From: Macrostomum lignano
Taxonomy: Eukaryota
Length of the DNA: 64,000 bases
Direction: 5' to 3'
Assembly: GCA_002269645.1 (NCBI GenBank)
Contig: NIVC01000001.1
Location: 930,001 to 994,000, forward strand
A program made the translations under genes and the position numbers. The notes under the pieces were generated by a model that saw only the letters and a list, made by a program, of their open reading frames with translations, was not told where the DNA came from and did not search any database. Shown one piece after another: positions 34,108 to 47,950 of the stretch (position 1 is the first letter of the stretch; every line of letters begins with the position of its first letter).

Positions 34108-37100
34108 CACAGACAGACAGACACACAGACAGACAGACAGACAGACACACAGACCTGAGTCAGTTTGGCGCCGTCATCCGGCAGCCCCACAATCGACCAG
34201 CTGCAGCCGAGCGGCTGGTCGGCCGACAGTCCCAGCCGGGAGTAGCAGCGGCCGTCGGCGCCGATGGCGTAAAGCCGCCAGCCTGAGCCGGCGGAGCAGC
34301 TAATTAGGGGCACCTGGAATAACAGACCAGACGGCTAAGTAATGATGATTCGGGATTTCAAATTACACTTAGGATAGTAAATTCGATTTTGTATTCCCAT
34401 GTAAAATTAGATTTTTGGATTCCCCATGAAATTTCCTTTCTGAGATTTACCTTGAGAATTCCTTTTTAGGATTCCCTATTCTTGGGGATTCCCCATGAAA
34501 ATTCCTTTTGGGATTCACCATGGGAATTCCTGATTTGGATTTACCATCTATTCTGGGATTACCGATGGAAATTTCCTTGGGATTCCCCATTATTTTTGGC
34601 ATTCTCCATGGGAATTCCCTTTGGGATTTACCTTGGAAATTCTATTTTGTGATTCCCCATACTTTTTGGGATTCAGCACGGAAATTTGCTTCGAGATTAC
34701 TAATAAAATATCTATATGAGGGACTCCCCCTGAATAAGTCAAATTGGAATCGTAATGAATAATATGGTTACCTCGCAGGCAATAAGCGACCAGCGATCGC
34801 CGGCCGGATTGGAATCGGCGTCAAAGCCCGCCCGGTGCAGCAGCTGCCCATTGTAGGCCACAGCGTAGGCTACGGAAGAATCCGGTGCCAAGGACACCTG
34901 CTTGAGGGCTACGGTGCCCGGCACGGCTAGCCAAGGCCCGGCGTCCAGCACAACATAGGTTCGGCTCCATTTTCTACGTCTCAGACCGGTGTTCCATCGC
35001 TTGGTCTGCGGCGTGGAAAGCATGTGGGAGTGGCTATCACTGACATCTTGGCACTGGCTATCACTGACATCTTGGCACTCTCTATCAGTGACATCTTGGC
35101 ACTGGCTATCACTAACATCTTGTCATTGGCTATCACTGACATCTTGGCACTGGCTATCAGTGACAACTTGGCACTGGCTATCACTGACATCTTGTCACTG
35201 GCTATCACTGACATCTTGTCACTGGCTATCACTGACATCTTGGCACTGGCTATCAGTGACAACTTGGCACTGGCTATCACTGACATCTTGTCACTGGCTA
35301 TCACTGACATCTTGGCACTGGCTATCACTGACATCTTGGCACTGGCTATCACTGACATCTTGGCACTGGCTATCACTGACATCTTGGCACTGGCTATCAC
35401 TGACATCTTGGCACTGGCTATCACTAACATCTTGTCATTGGCTATCACTGACATCTTGTCACTGGCTATCACTGACATCTTGGCACTGGCTATCAGTGAC
35501 AACATGGCACAGGCTATCACTAACATCTTGTCATTGGCTATCACTGACATCTTGGCACTGGCTATCAGTGACAACTTGGCACTGGCTATCACTAACATCT
35601 TGTCACTGGCTATCAATGACATCTTGGCACTGGCTATCACTGACATCTTGTCACTGGCTATCAGTGACATCTTGGCACTGGCTATCACTGACATCTTGGC
35701 ACTGGCTATCACTGACATCTTGGCACTGGCTATCACTGACATCTTGGCACTGGCTATCACTGACATCTTGGCACTGGCTATCACTGACATCTTGTCACTG
35801 GCTATCAGTGACATCTTGGCACTGGCTATCACTGACATCTTGTCACTGGCTATCAGTGACATCTTGTCACTGGCTATCACTGACATCTTGGCACTGGCTA
35901 TCACTGACATCTTGTCACTGGCTATCACTGACATCTTGGCACTGGCTATCACTGACATCTTGTCACTGGCTATCACTGACATCTTGGCACTGGCTATCAC
36001 TGACATCTTGGCACTGGCTATCACTGACAAGTACTTGCTTAGTACTTGTCAGCTTAGTACTTGAAAAACACGGATTCGGGCAGCAAAAATACGTACCTTT
36101 GAGTAAGGCCCTTTCAGTTCCTTGGCGTACTGCCAGCCGTGCTCATCGGTGTCCTCGGCAGAGATTCGCACGGCCCAGTCGGTCTCCCAGACCCAGTTGG
36201 CCTCGCAGCCGGCGCCGATGAGGGCCTCCTTGGGCAGAGCGTCGCTCCAGGAGGCGGCGTTGCCGGCAACAGCAGCGGCCGCGGCCTGCTCATTGGGAGG
36301 CGAGTGGTGCAGGAAGCCGCGATCCGTGTAGCCGGACAGGGGCCGCCAGTGCTGGTACTCGTAGGCGCAGCACACCTGCCTGCGTTTTATTAGGGGGTGT
36401 GGGTTGGTAAGATAACCTGCATATGCTATTTGGAGCATAACTATTTAGATATGAGTACATAGGAACATATTTAACTTCTCGCAGGTGATAAAGTCATAGA
36501 TAGCGGGTGATTATCACAGGTGATAAAGTCATAGATAGAGGGCGATTCTCACAGGTGATAGAGTCATAGATGGAGGGCGATTCTCACAGGTGATAAAGTC
36601 ATAGATAGAGGGTGATTATCACAGGTGATAAGTCATAGATAGAGGGCGATTCTCACAGGTGATAGAGTCATAGATAGAGGGCGATTCTCATAGGTGATAG
36701 AGCCAAAAATAGAGGGCGATTCTCAGAGATGATAGAGTCATAGATAGAGGGCGATTATCAGAGGTGATAGTCATAGAGGGCGATTATCACAGGTGATAGT
36801 CATGGAGGGCGATTATCACAGATGATAGAGTCATAGATAGAGGGCGATTATCAGAGGTGATAGAGTCATAGATAGAGGGCGATTATCACAGGTGATAGAG
36901 CCATAGATAGATGGCGATTTTCACAGGTGATAGTCATAGAGGGCGATTATTACAGAAGATAGAGTCATAGATAGAGGGCGATTATCACAGGTGATAGAGC
37001 CATAAATAGATGGCGATTCTCACAAGTGATAGACATAGAGGGCGATTTTCACAGATGATAGAGTCATAGATAGAGGGCGATTATCACAGGTGATAGAGCC

Positions 37101-40100
37101 ATAGATAGATGGCGATTCTCACAGGTGATAGAATCATAAATAGAGGGCGATTATCACGTGATAGAATCATAGATATAGGGCGATTATCACAGGTGATAGA
37201 ATCATAGATAGAGGGCGATTATCACGTGATAGAATCATAGATATAGGGCGATTATCACAGGTGATAGAATCATAGGTAGAGGGCGACTCTCACAGGTGAT
37301 AATGCCAGAAAGTGGTTTTTTGAGAATCTCAAAAGGGAATTTTAGCCCTAAATCGAAACAATACGAGCTAGCGAAATCGCTGCAATTTGTAACAGGGAGT
37401 AAAGTCAGCGAATAATACAACACCAGCTAATCGCGCCAACCTGTCCACAATCTCGTTCGATTCGCCAGACTCCGGCGCGTACACGAACGGCCTGCCGTCC
37501 CCGGTGAGGGCCCACAGCACGGAGCGGCTGCCGCACAGCTGCATGAAATGACCGCCAACCCGACGCCAGTGCCGACGCGACACGCTCACGTCGCTATTGT
37601 CGATGATATTGTCGTCGACTTCCTCGCCAATCTGAGTGTCGCTGTCATCGCAATCATCGCTGACTAGAACGTCGCCGCGTACAGTCAGCACTAGAAGGCA
37701 GGCGCCGATGCGGATGCTCGGCAACTGCTGGCTGGACAAGCTGACTGAGCGTTGGCGGCGCTGCTGCCGCTCCTGGCGTCGACGTTGAGCGTCGTCGTTG
37801 AGATGGCGACGCGAGTTTTGCGATCGAATGAGAAGGCGCAGCGCGGCCAGCCAGTCGGCGCAGTCGCGATCGGTGGCGCAGGTCACCTGAGAGTCGACGG
37901 GGATTTTTGAGATTCTCGACAAGGACGCTTTAAGAATAACGAATTCACTTCCGTTTCTAGGAAATTTTGAAGGCTGATTCTGCGCAGAATAAGGGATTCA
38001 CTTCCGTTTCTAGGAAAATTTGAAGGCTGATTCTACGCAGAATAACGTGTTCACTTCCGTTTCTAGGAAAATTTGAAGGCTGATTTATACGCAGAATAAG
38101 GGATTCATTTCCGTTTCTAGGAAAATTTGAAGGCTGATTCTGCGCATAATAAGGGATTCATTTCCGTTTCTAGGAAAATTTGAAGGCTGATTCTACGCAG
38201 AGTAACGAATTCACTTCCGTTTCTAGGAAAATTTGAAGGCAGATTCTGCGCATAATAAGGGATTCATTTCCGTTTCTAGGAAAATTTGAAGGCTGATTCT
38301 ACGCAGAATAACGTGTTCACTTCCGTTTCTAGGAAAATTTGAAGGCTGATTTATACGCAGAATAAGGGATTCATTTCCGTTTCTAGGAAAATTTGAAGGC
38401 TGATTCTGCGCATAATAAGGGATTCATTTCCGTTTCTAGGAAAATTTGAAGGCTGATTCTACGCAGAGTAACGAATTCACTTCCGTTTCTAGGAAAATTT
38501 GAAGGCAGATTCTGCGCATAATAAGGGATTCATTTCCGTTTCTAGGAAAATTTGAAGGCTGATTCTACGCAGAATAACGTGTTCACTTCCGTTTCTAGGA
38601 AAATTTGAAGGCTGATTTATACGCAGAATAAGGGATTCATTTCCGTTTCTAGGAAAATTTGAAGGCTGATTTTGCGCAGAATAAGGGATTCATTTCCTTT
38701 TTTAGGAAAATTTGAAGGCTGATTCTACGCAGAGTAACGAATTCACTTCCGTTTCTAGGAAAATTTGAAGGCAGATTCTGCGCATAATAAGGGATTCATT
38801 TCCGTTTCTAGGAAAATTTGAAGGCTGATTCTACGCAGAATAACGTGTTCACTTCCGTTTCTAGGAAAATTTGAAGGCTGATTTATACGCAGAATAAGGG
38901 ATTCATTTCCGTTTCTAGGAAAATTTGAAGGCTGATTTTGCGCAGAATAAGGGATTCATTTCCTTTTTTAGGAAAATTTGAAGGCTGATTCTACGCAGAG
39001 TAACGGGTTCACTTCCGTTTCTAGGAAAATTTGAAGGCTGATTCTACGCAGAGTAACGGGTTCACTTCCGTTTCTAGGAAAATTTGAAGGCTGATTTATA
39101 CGCAAACTACCGATAGTTATTTTCCGACCCCTGACTTTTGCAGAGATCTTGCACGAAGAATGGTTTGTGTCATAAGTTGCTTGACAACAACAAAGTTAGG
39201 GCTGTTGCACAGTCCACGCCCGTGTTTAGGTACCAGTGGAACGGGCATGACTACTTGCCCGTTTGAAGATTAGGAGCCTAGACTGAAATTTCCTTTTTAC
39301 AGACAATACTCTAGGTCAGGTAAACAGTGGGAGTAAATATATGTAGATTTTCATCAGCAAATGCCTCGTCATCTTCCTAGAAAGGTTTCTTAGAAATCAT
39401 TTACCTGCAAAGCGTGATAGCAATTCTCAGTGTAGACAGCCAGACAGGCTGGCCGATTTGACAGCTGAGCAACGCAGGTAACGGACTCCAACGGTATGCG
39501 GCGCTCCGCTCGCTGCGCTGCCGACTTGCCGCCGCCAGTCTGCTGCTGCTGCTGCCGACGGCGCATCGCCGGGGTGAGCACCAGCTCAGCCTTGGCGCCG
39601 CCAGCCGATGCCACCAGTGCCAGCTGGGCCTCGCAGCCTCGGCCGGTCTCGTGATGCCAGTGCGTGACCTTCTCCGCTTTCCACAGGCCGGACTGTTCAA
39701 ATGGGCCAGATTTGAATTGAACGCATTTAGCGGCTGACTAAATTGAGGACTCTCTACAAAGAGTAGAAGTACAGACTCTCAACAGCTCAACAGTCAATAC
39801 ATTTAAGCGCCTATCTTAGCAGGGCCGCTGTACACTTTGGGCCGTATGCAGAAAGCCTAGTCCAGACTAGCTAGTCCGGACTTGGGTAGTTCAGTCTATA
39901 GTCTATGGTCCAGCTACCCTAGTTCTGCTATAGTAAACTGGTCTAACTTTGTGTTTCTGCATACCAAATCCAAGTCCAGACTAGCTTTTCAAGACCGGAC
40001 TACCCTAGACAGAGCTTTCTGCATACGGCCCCCTGTGTGAGCGTGTATATAAGCAGCCGAAGGTGCAGCGCTAGGGTGCCAACGGCCCTCTTTGAGTGTT

Positions 40101-43100
40101 ACTATAATTAGCTTTCTACGACTTCTAAGGGGGTAGTTTTAGCCCAGTGGCTGGAGCGTCGGACTCACGACTTGAAGGTCAGGGGTTCGATTCCCGATCC
40201 CACTGGAACAATGTGTTCTTGAGCAAGACACTTAACTCTGCATTGCTTCAGCTCATTAGCTGGGGGTGACTGAGGGTGTGTGCGGCGACCCCCCAAGTCC
40301 TTGGACTGAACAGCCGTATGCAGCTCGAAAATATGACAATTTCAAACCAAGTCTACAGCCTTTAGGGAAGATTAGCCAACAGTTTTCGGCTGTATCTATC
40401 ATCGATAATAATTTTATCTACTTAGTAAGTAGTACAAAATAAAAATTAATACCGAATTCGAAGGTAGAAAACTTAGAAAAATACTGTTATAACCGCTGTG
40501 TCACAACAAACAATTGAAAATGAATGTTACATCTACTCTCTTATTACTTATACTTAGGCATCATACACTTGACGTAAAAATATAACTAAGAAATGCTTTA
40601 AAGAAGTATATGTTAGCAATGCATAAATACAGTGGAGAATTGCATACGTATAATTATAAATATTGATGCATATTAATGTGTTCAGCAGTCGATCCCAATG
40701 CCATAAGTGAGCCAATTTGCTAACCAAAAATATGATTAACAGTTACCAAAATGCCACAACAGATTTATAACAGAACTACCTGTTTAGCAAACTTCATATC
40801 AGCACAGACATGCTGCTACACAGCTAAGTCCACCTGTTGGCCTTTAATACTTACTTGAATTTCAGCTGGCAAGTAAACAGCAACACAACTTTTTACAACA
40901 TGTACTTTTAGTTATTTAAAATAGCTATATGCATTTCCATTAGCAGGGCTCCTAGAGAAGAAAAAAGAAGAAGTTTTTTTAAAATCTTTGAATTTCTACT
41001 AATAGTAGAATAACTTGAATCGAATAATTCAAAATCGAAATGATGACAAAATTCATCACGACTGCCCATCTAATCCAAACACCGGCACCTGCGCAAACAG
41101 AGGAGAAACACCTATCTGAGACCAGTGGGTGAAAATTCCGTTTTAGAGTATATACCTAGCCATAGCAACGAATCTCATTGGCATAACAAGGCCACTCAAT
41201 TAGCAAACCATTGTTTGATAAAACTTTATACAGGGTTGAACATTGAAACTTGCCATGTCCGGCTGTCATATCAAGACATTCTGAGACTCGAACTCAATAG
41301 ATTGATTCCACGAGCAGCCTGGCATATTCATATGTTTTGGGCTTGTGCTGTGCTTGCATCATTCACGCAACTCTGACTACTAGAATAGAATCCCATGGAC
41401 TCAGGGTCAGCGGTTTGAGCATAGATGCTTAAAAGACGTATAGAGGAGTAGAGGGAGGAAAACAAGAGTAAGAGGGGAGTAGAGGGAGGAATCAAGGAGG
41501 GTGGAGGGAGTAGAGGGAGGAACCGAGGGTAGAGGGGAGTAGAGGGAGGAATCAAGGAGGGTGGAGGGAGTAGAGGGAGGAACCGAGGGTAGAGGGGAGT
41601 AGAGGAGGAATCAAGGTGGAGGGGAGTAGAGGGAGGAACCGAGGGTAGAGGGGAGTAGAGGAGGAATCAAGGTGGAGGGGAGTAGAGGGAGGAAAAAGAG
41701 GGTAGATGGGAGTAGAGGGAGGAAAAAGAGGGTAGATGGGAGTAGAGGGAGGAAAAGGAGGGTAGAGGGGAGTAGAGGGAGGAAAAATAGGGTAGAGGGG
41801 AGTAGAGGGAGGAAAAAGAGGGTAGATGGGAGTAGAGGGAGGAAAAAGGAGGGTAGAGGGGAGTAGAGTGAGGAAATACATGCAAAGGAGAAGAGAGGGG
41901 CTACAGAGAACCGAGTGAATAACGCAGCACCGACAGGCAGCCTCACCTCCTCCCTCGCAACGCTGCCGAAGTGAGCAAAACGGGGGCTCTTGTACTCGCG
42001 ATTGTCCCGCTGCACCAGCTGGTACAGCACTGCGGACTCGAGAGCCGACAGGTCCAGCTGGGAGTCGCAGCTGCAGCCGCCGCCACGCCGCCTGGCCGGA
42101 TGCCAGAGCGTTGAGATCGCGCCGCCAAGCAGCGGCAGGGCGGAGGCGGACAAATCCATCACGGCCAGAAGCAGGGGAGCTTCATAGGCGGCGCACTTCT
42201 CAACGCCGCCGCCTACAACAGTTGCAGCAGCGAGAGAGGCGGGAATCATCGGCAAGGGCGGCGGATCGACAAACTGGATGAAGCCGGTCATCTGGCGGCT
42301 GAGCCGGGCCTCATCGGACTCTGCACTCTCTTCGCCTGCCTCTTCTTCTTCGTGTTGACCTTTTTCGTCCGCTTCCTCGGCGGCTACGCCAAGTTCTACA
42401 CTGTCTGCCGCCGAGGATGCTGCGAAAGCGCCGGAACCGGAAGCGGCAGCTGCCGAGGCGCTGAGACTGGGAGCTGCGCCGCTAGAGGAAGACTCTGCCG
42501 AATTGAATGGCGTGTAAATGCTTGACTAAATAAAACACTTCTCAAAGTGAAATATGCATAAAATAAGTCTAATCCAGCTAAATTAGGCACTAAATAGACT
42601 TTAAATTAGGTTTTTAGATCCTAAAAACTCAGTAGATGTTTGACTACACTCTAGAAAAGAAAGAGTACAGACTCAAAAAGGCAGCCAGAATAAACTTAGG
42701 AAGGTTTAAGTAGGCTGTAGCCTAGTGGTTAGAGCGTCAGACTCACGACTGAAAGGTCGGGGGTTCGATTCTCAATCCACTCGGAACGATTTGTGTCCTT
42801 GAGCAAGATCATTAACTCAGAATTGCTTCAGTTCAGTCAGCAATAAATTGATGCAAACAGCCTATTAAGACAGTTGTACTCGTAATTAATTATTATTATT
42901 ATTATTAATATTATGGGCCGTATGCAGAAAGCTCTGTCTAGGGTAGTCCGGTCTTGAAAAACTAGTCTAGACTTGGATTTGGTATGCAGAAACACAAAGT
43001 TAGACCAGTCTACTATAGCAGAACTAGGCTAGCTGGACCATAGACTATAGACTGAACTACCCAAGTCCGGACTAGCTAGTCTGGACTAAGCTTTCTGCAT

Positions 43101-46100
43101 ACGGCCCTATAAGTCTTCTGAGTAGGCCCAAACCTTTAATAAGGATTTTGAGTAGGCCCTAGCCTATAATAACAAGGTTTCTGGGTAGACTTTATTCCAT
43201 AATTAATAACGCTTCTGAGTAGACTCCGATGAGTGGTTCTGAGCAGATGAGCAGACTCAGCAGATCGACTTACCCAAATTAGCGGCCGACATCGACGACG
43301 TAGAGGCGGTGGCAGCGACGACGGCCTCCGACATGCGCCGCAAGTAGCGCCGCACGCAGTCCGGATAGCCGATTGGCAGGCAGAGCCGTTCCCAGGTTTT
43401 GCCAACCAGCAGCTCTTTGCGCGACTCGATGCCGGTCCGGTAGAGCAGCTGATTGCTCACCAGGTCGATGCCCCACACCTGCGGCGGCGGCGACAGCGGT
43501 GGTTATGAAGAAGACCATAAGCTTAATATAAACTAAATTTAGTAACCGTTATTATTGTAACGTTTATCATAAAAAGTAGACACTTTCATATCACTCTACT
43601 AATAGTAAAAATGTTCGAAAATTAGTTGTAAAAAAAGTAGTACATGGACATTTGTTCGACAGGCTACTAAAAGTATATAATGTTGGTTGTCATATTTGCC
43701 GCGACAGCAGATACTGGATTTAGCTAGATCTGTCACTAGGAAAAATGGTACTCATCTACTCTTTTTCAGTAGCAAAATTTGCGTTTCATGCCTTAATACC
43801 TGTAAAATTTACAATAATATTTTGAAAGCTGCACTAATTGCCTCTGGTTTTCTACTGCACACTGCTTCAGACTCGATAGCATTGAAGAATAAAATAACTC
43901 TTAAGAATGAAGATTGCAGGAAAAAACTTAAAAAAGCAGAAATCCATGTGTATAGCGAGCAAGAGAGACAAGGGGTGGCGACCAGCCCCCCTCCTCAGCC
44001 AGGCCGATAAACAGTTTGGCTTTCTATTCGCCCGCTTGTGTCCGACTTTGATCTCTCTCCTTACTGCTCTCTCATTGGCTGAGCCAGATTGGGCCTGCCC
44101 CCTAGGCTGAGTTTCGTCCGTATGACTTTCACCTCTCTCCTTACTGCTCTCTCATTGGCTGAGCCAGATTGGGCCTGCCCCCCTAGGCTGTCTTGCGCTC
44201 ACTTGTGTACATCCAGTTGAATGCTTGTTGTTCATTCTTAACTCCATATGCTCCTGAGGCCGCCAACCCCGAGGAAGGAAAGGAAGTTTTAGCTGCCACA
44301 TTAAATCTAAGTGACACTGCCCAGATAATTACTGAGTAGACTACCTAATTAGTCTAGCAGTTCTTGAGATCTTAAGATTTTGAAGTTCAGTTTTTAAATT
44401 TACGAAAACAAGTGACATTTTTAAATTTCAAAATTTCGACATCTTTTCAGCAGCAGTGCCAATCCACGCACCTGATCTGTAGGGCTAACGCTGACCTGCC
44501 TAAACAGGCCAATCATCTCCACCCAGCTGTAGCCGGCCTGCAGAGCTGACTGGTCGGACGAGAAATTGACACCACGCCTGAACCAAATTCGGCCAGTGTT
44601 GGTCACCGCCCACATCGATCTGACACCGTGGCTCACCTGGGCAGGAAGCGGAGAGTGCCGATTCGCACAGCGCTCTGAGCTGCTTTATCTCCTACGAATT
44701 TACCCTCTCCATTACGAACTTACCCTCTATACTGCGAATTTACCCTCTATCCTACGAATTCACCCTCTATCCTACGAATTTACCCTCTATCCAACGAATT
44801 TACCCTCTGTCCTACGAATTTTATCCTCTGTCCTACGAATTTTATCCTCTGTCCTACGAATTTTATCCTCTGTCCTACGAATTTACCCTCTATCCTATGA
44901 ATTTACCCTCTATCCTACGGATTTGCCCTTTTTTCTAAGAGTCTACCCTCTATCCTATGAATCTAGCCTGTTTCCCTTACATGTAGGAATCAATCAGTCA
45001 TAAAATTCTCTCACTGAGCTCACTGACCTGCAAAATCCGCTCCCTGGTAGATAGATTCTTAGGGGGCTGCACGCACACCCAGTCGGCTCCGGTGACGCAC
45101 TGCCAGGTGATGCCAGTTCTCACGTACACTCCGCCAGCGTCAGTCACTGTCAGCACTGAGCCTAGCGGGCCAACCGATACGCCAGTCACCTGCTCCGTGT
45201 TGCTTGGCGGGCTGACAAGCCACCAGGACAGGCCTTCGGGGCACAGCCTGTCAACGCCTGATAAGCGATAACGGAAGATGGAGATGAAGGGCGATTCTTT
45301 AAATCTGGCGGGATTCTTGAAGAATCTGGAGGGCAATTCTTGGAAAAGCCGGAGGGCAAATTCTTGGAGAAGATGAAGAAGGGCGATTCTTCGAGGAGAT
45401 GAAAGGCGATTCTTGGAGAATCTGGAGGTCGATTCTTAGAGAATCTGGAGGAGATTCTTGGAGAATCTGGCAGGAGATTCTTGGAGAATCTGGAGGGAGA
45501 TTCTTGGAGAAGATGGAGGGATATTCTTGGAGAAGATGGAGGGCGATTCTTGGAAAAGATAGAGGGCGATTCTTGGAAAAGATGGAGGGCGATTCTCGGA
45601 AATGATGGAGGGCGATTCTTGGAAAAGATAGAGGGCGATTCTTGGAAAAGATGGGGGCGATTCTCGGAAAAGATAGAGGGTGATTCTTGGAGAAGATGGA
45701 GAGCTATTCTTAGGAGAATCTGGCGGGAGATTCTTGCAGAAGATGGAGGGCGAATCTGGGAGAAGACTGGAGACTTCAGGTCTCTCAAACATTTAAAGAC
45801 GATTGGTTATCCGAGAACTTTGAAGAAACAGTAAAGATATGCGATGGCTCACCAGTCCGATAGACCAGCTGGCCCTTGACAGTGACCGCCCACAGAGCCA
45901 AATAGCCGTCGTTTTGGTGCGGCATCCACTGGCCGCCGACGCTGACCTCGCGAAACGGGTCGTCCGTGGGGAACTGCGACGATGGCGCCGGGATCAGCAG
46001 CCACCGGTCTGTCGCTGAGAAATACCTTCATGGCCAGGTGATGGGGAATAAGGGAGGCTGGCTATGGGACTAAATTATTAAAAACAGGTGACAATTCTTA

Positions 46101-46994
46101 CCTATGCCGCAGCCAGCGCCGCTTTCGCACAAAAGCGATTCGTCTTTCAGGCGCGAACGCTTTATTAAAGTCCAGCGCGTACTGCCAGCCCAGCTTGTCG
46201 GTGGCCGGGCCGGCCTCTTCCAGGTGCCAGTCGTCTTCCCAGGTCCAGCGGGACGATGGAGGCCGGACTGAGCGAAGAGACACGGGCTTGTAGAAGGCGC
46301 TCTGCCTCACCTGTGGTGGATTAAATGATTGATTATCATTTCCTTAGCGTTATGATTTTTCAGAGAAAGATAATAGCGGTTGTCAGATGCAGTTTGTGAG
46401 CGATTCTCAGATGCAGTTTGTGAGCGATTCTCAGATGCAGCTTGTGAGCGATTTTCAGATGCAGTTTGTGAGCGATTCTCAGGTGCAGTTTGTGAGCGAT
46501 TCTCAGAGAGGGTTTGTGAGCGATTCTCAGAGAGGGTTTGTGAGCGATTCTCAGATGCAGCTTGTGAGCGATTCTCAGAGAGGGTTTGTGAGCGATTCTC
46601 AGAGCCAGTTTGTGAGCGATTCTCAGAGACAGTTTGTGAGCGATTCTCAGAGACAGTTTGATGGGACAGCACTTCCATTTACCTGCAGAGCAAAATGCGG
46701 CGGATCATTATTCAATAATTTGGCGCCAGAGAAGCCGCCAATAGGCGAATAGCGCTCGTGCTCAACAACGGATTCCTGGTAGCGGATTTTCATATCGCTG
46801 CTCAGCACCATCAGGAAGAGCTGCTGGTCGTTGCCGATGGCCCACAGGCACCAGCTGGCAGGGGCCAGGCGCTTGAAATGGCGCAGCTTCGACTGTCCGG
46901 AGCTGACGGGCTGCCATTCGCTGCTTGAAGAACTGATGCTGAACACCCGACCGGCCAGGTCCAGGGCGTATAGGCTGCCGCTGCCGCAGGCCAT
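33658..46994 (-). CDS. TECPR1: Tectonin beta-propeller repeat-containing protein 1 (13 exons, about 1182 aa)
   Basis: Exons 46994-46683, 46310-46102, 46025-45853, 45257-45028, 44636-44472, 43478-43274, 42494-41947, 39692-39405, 37886-37441, 36379-36097, 35005-34772, 34313-34155 and 33954-33658; all GT-AG and phase-consistent. N-terminal LYALDLAGRVFSI..FKRL, two DysF-like regions (WTWEDDW..GWQYALDF..VRKRRWLR; WVWETDW..GWQYA..RRRKWSR), a PH-like region ending DCADWLAAL, and tectonin repeats. Confidence 0.93.
33995..34152. repeat. (CAGA)n microsatellite in the last TECPR1 intron
   Basis: Directly visible; abuts the donor at 34154. Confidence 0.95.
34380..34680. repeat. Degenerate GGGATTCCCCATGRAATTTCC-type repeat
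   Basis: Recurrent GGATTC/GGAATTCC words in a TECPR1 intron. Confidence 0.6.
35030..36028. repeat. 24-bp minisatellite GGCTATCACTGACATCTTGGCACT (about 41 copies)
   Basis: Directly visible; fills the intron 36096-35006. Confidence 0.97.
36480..37305. repeat. About 35-bp minisatellite GGCGATTCTCACAGGTGATAGAGTCATAGATAGAG
   Basis: Directly visible, with shorter deletion variants. Confidence 0.95.
37930..39105. repeat. 53-bp satellite (about 22 monomers) with a 266-bp higher-order period
   Basis: The variant GGCTGATTCTACGCAGAATAACGTG recurs at 38025, 38291, 38557 and 38823. Confidence 0.93.
39839..40031. mobile_element. MITE with perfect 18-bp TIR GGGCCGTATGCAGAAAGC
   Basis: Perfect TIRs; inverted near-identical copy at 42915-43107. 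No TSD at this copy. Confidence 0.85.
40130..40255 (+). mobile_element. tRNA-derived SINE (second family)
   Basis: A box TAGCCCAGTGG, B box GGTTCGATTCC, then GTGTTCTTGAGCAAGACACTTAACT; homologous to 42713. Confidence 0.75.
41443..41878. repeat. About 30-bp purine-rich minisatellite GGGTAGAGGGGAGTAGAGGGAGGAAAAAGA
   Basis: Directly visible in a TECPR1 intron. Confidence 0.93.
42713..42850 (+). mobile_element. tRNA-derived SINE (second family)
   Basis: TAGCCTAGTGG A box, GGTTCGATTCT B box and GTGTCCTTGAGCAAGA core; no acceptor-stem pairing. Confidence 0.75.
42915..43107. mobile_element. PIF/Harbinger-like MITE, inverted copy of 39839-40031
   Basis: 18-bp TIR GGGCCGTATGCAGAAAGC flanked by a 3-bp TAT duplication. 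Confidence 0.85.
43760..44340. mobile_element. Interspersed repeat with an internal ~69-bp tandem unit (2 copies here)
   Basis: Unit ..CCTTACTGCTCTCTCATTGGCTGAGCCAGATT(A/G)GGCCT..CCCCTAGGCTG; the unit and its flanks recur at 57000-57670. Confidence 0.7.
44690..44960. repeat. About 20-bp minisatellite TTTACCCTCTATCCTACGAA
   Basis: Directly visible in a TECPR1 intron. Confidence 0.88.
45285..45775. repeat. About 23-bp minisatellite GGGCGATTCTTGGAAAAGATAGA
   Basis: Directly visible; runs to about 30 nt from the acceptor. Confidence 0.9.
46380..46660. repeat. 24-bp minisatellite GTTTGTGAGCGATTCTCAGATGCA
   Basis: Directly visible in TECPR1 intron 1. Confidence 0.93.
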
Positions 46995-47096
46995 GCCGCT
47001 GCTGCCAGTACTGCAACTACTGCTAGTAGCTTGGAGGGAAATGCTGCAATTTTAAAATGTGAAATCATTTTCTTGGAATTTCCGATAGTTTAGCCT

Positions 47097-47950
47097 CAGG
47101 GGCGATTCTTTGAGATGGTTCAGGGGCGATTCTTTGGGATGGTTCAGGGGCGATTCTTAGGAATGGTTCAGGGGCGATTCGTTGGGATGGTTCAGGGGCG
47201 ATTCTTTGGAATAGTTCAGGGGCGATTCTTTGGGCTGGTTCAGGGGCGATTTTTTGGAATGGTTCAGGGGCGATTCTTTGGAATAGTTCAGGGGCGATTC
47301 TTTGGGCTGGTTCAGGGGCGATTTTTTGGAATGGTTCAGGGGCGATTTTTTGGAATGGTTCAGGGGCGATTCTTTGGAATGGTTCAGGGGCGATTCTTTG
47401 GAATAGTTCAGGGGCGATTCTTTGGAATGGTTCAGGGGCGATTTTTTGGAATGGTTCAGGGGCGATTCTTTGGAATGGTTCAGGGGCGATTCTTTGGAAT
47501 GGTTCAGGGGCGATTCTTTGGAATAGTTCAGGGGCGATTCTTTGGAATGGTTCAGGGGCGATTTTTTGGAATGGTTCAGGGGCGATTCTTTGGAATGGTT
47601 CAGGGGCGATTTTTTGGAATGGTTCAGGGGCGATTCTTTGGGATGGTTCAGGGGCGATTCTTTGGGATGGTTCAGGGGCGATTCTTTGGGATGACTCAGG
47701 AGCGATTCTATGGGATGGTTCAGGGGCGATTCTTTGGGATGGTTCAGGGGCGATTCTTTGGGATGACTCAGGAGCGATTCTTTGGGATGACTCAGGAGCG
47801 ATTCTCTGGGATGGTTCAGGGGCGATTCTTTGGGATGGTTCAGGGGCGATTCTTTGGGATGGTTCAGGGGCGATTCTTTGGGATGACTCAGGAGCGATTC
47901 TCTGGGATGGTTCAGGGGCGATTATTTGGGATGGTTCAGGGGCGATTCTC
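47097..47950. repeat. 24-bp minisatellite GGTTCAGGGGCGATTCTTTGGAAT (about 35 copies)
   Basis: Directly visible, immediately upstream of the TECPR1 5' acceptor. Confidence 0.96.

Noticed and set aside
40130-42850. tRNA genes at about 40130 and 42713 (also 33150 and 59450)
   Set aside because: A and B boxes are present, but there is no acceptor-stem pairing, and each is followed by a shared SINE body in multiple copies.
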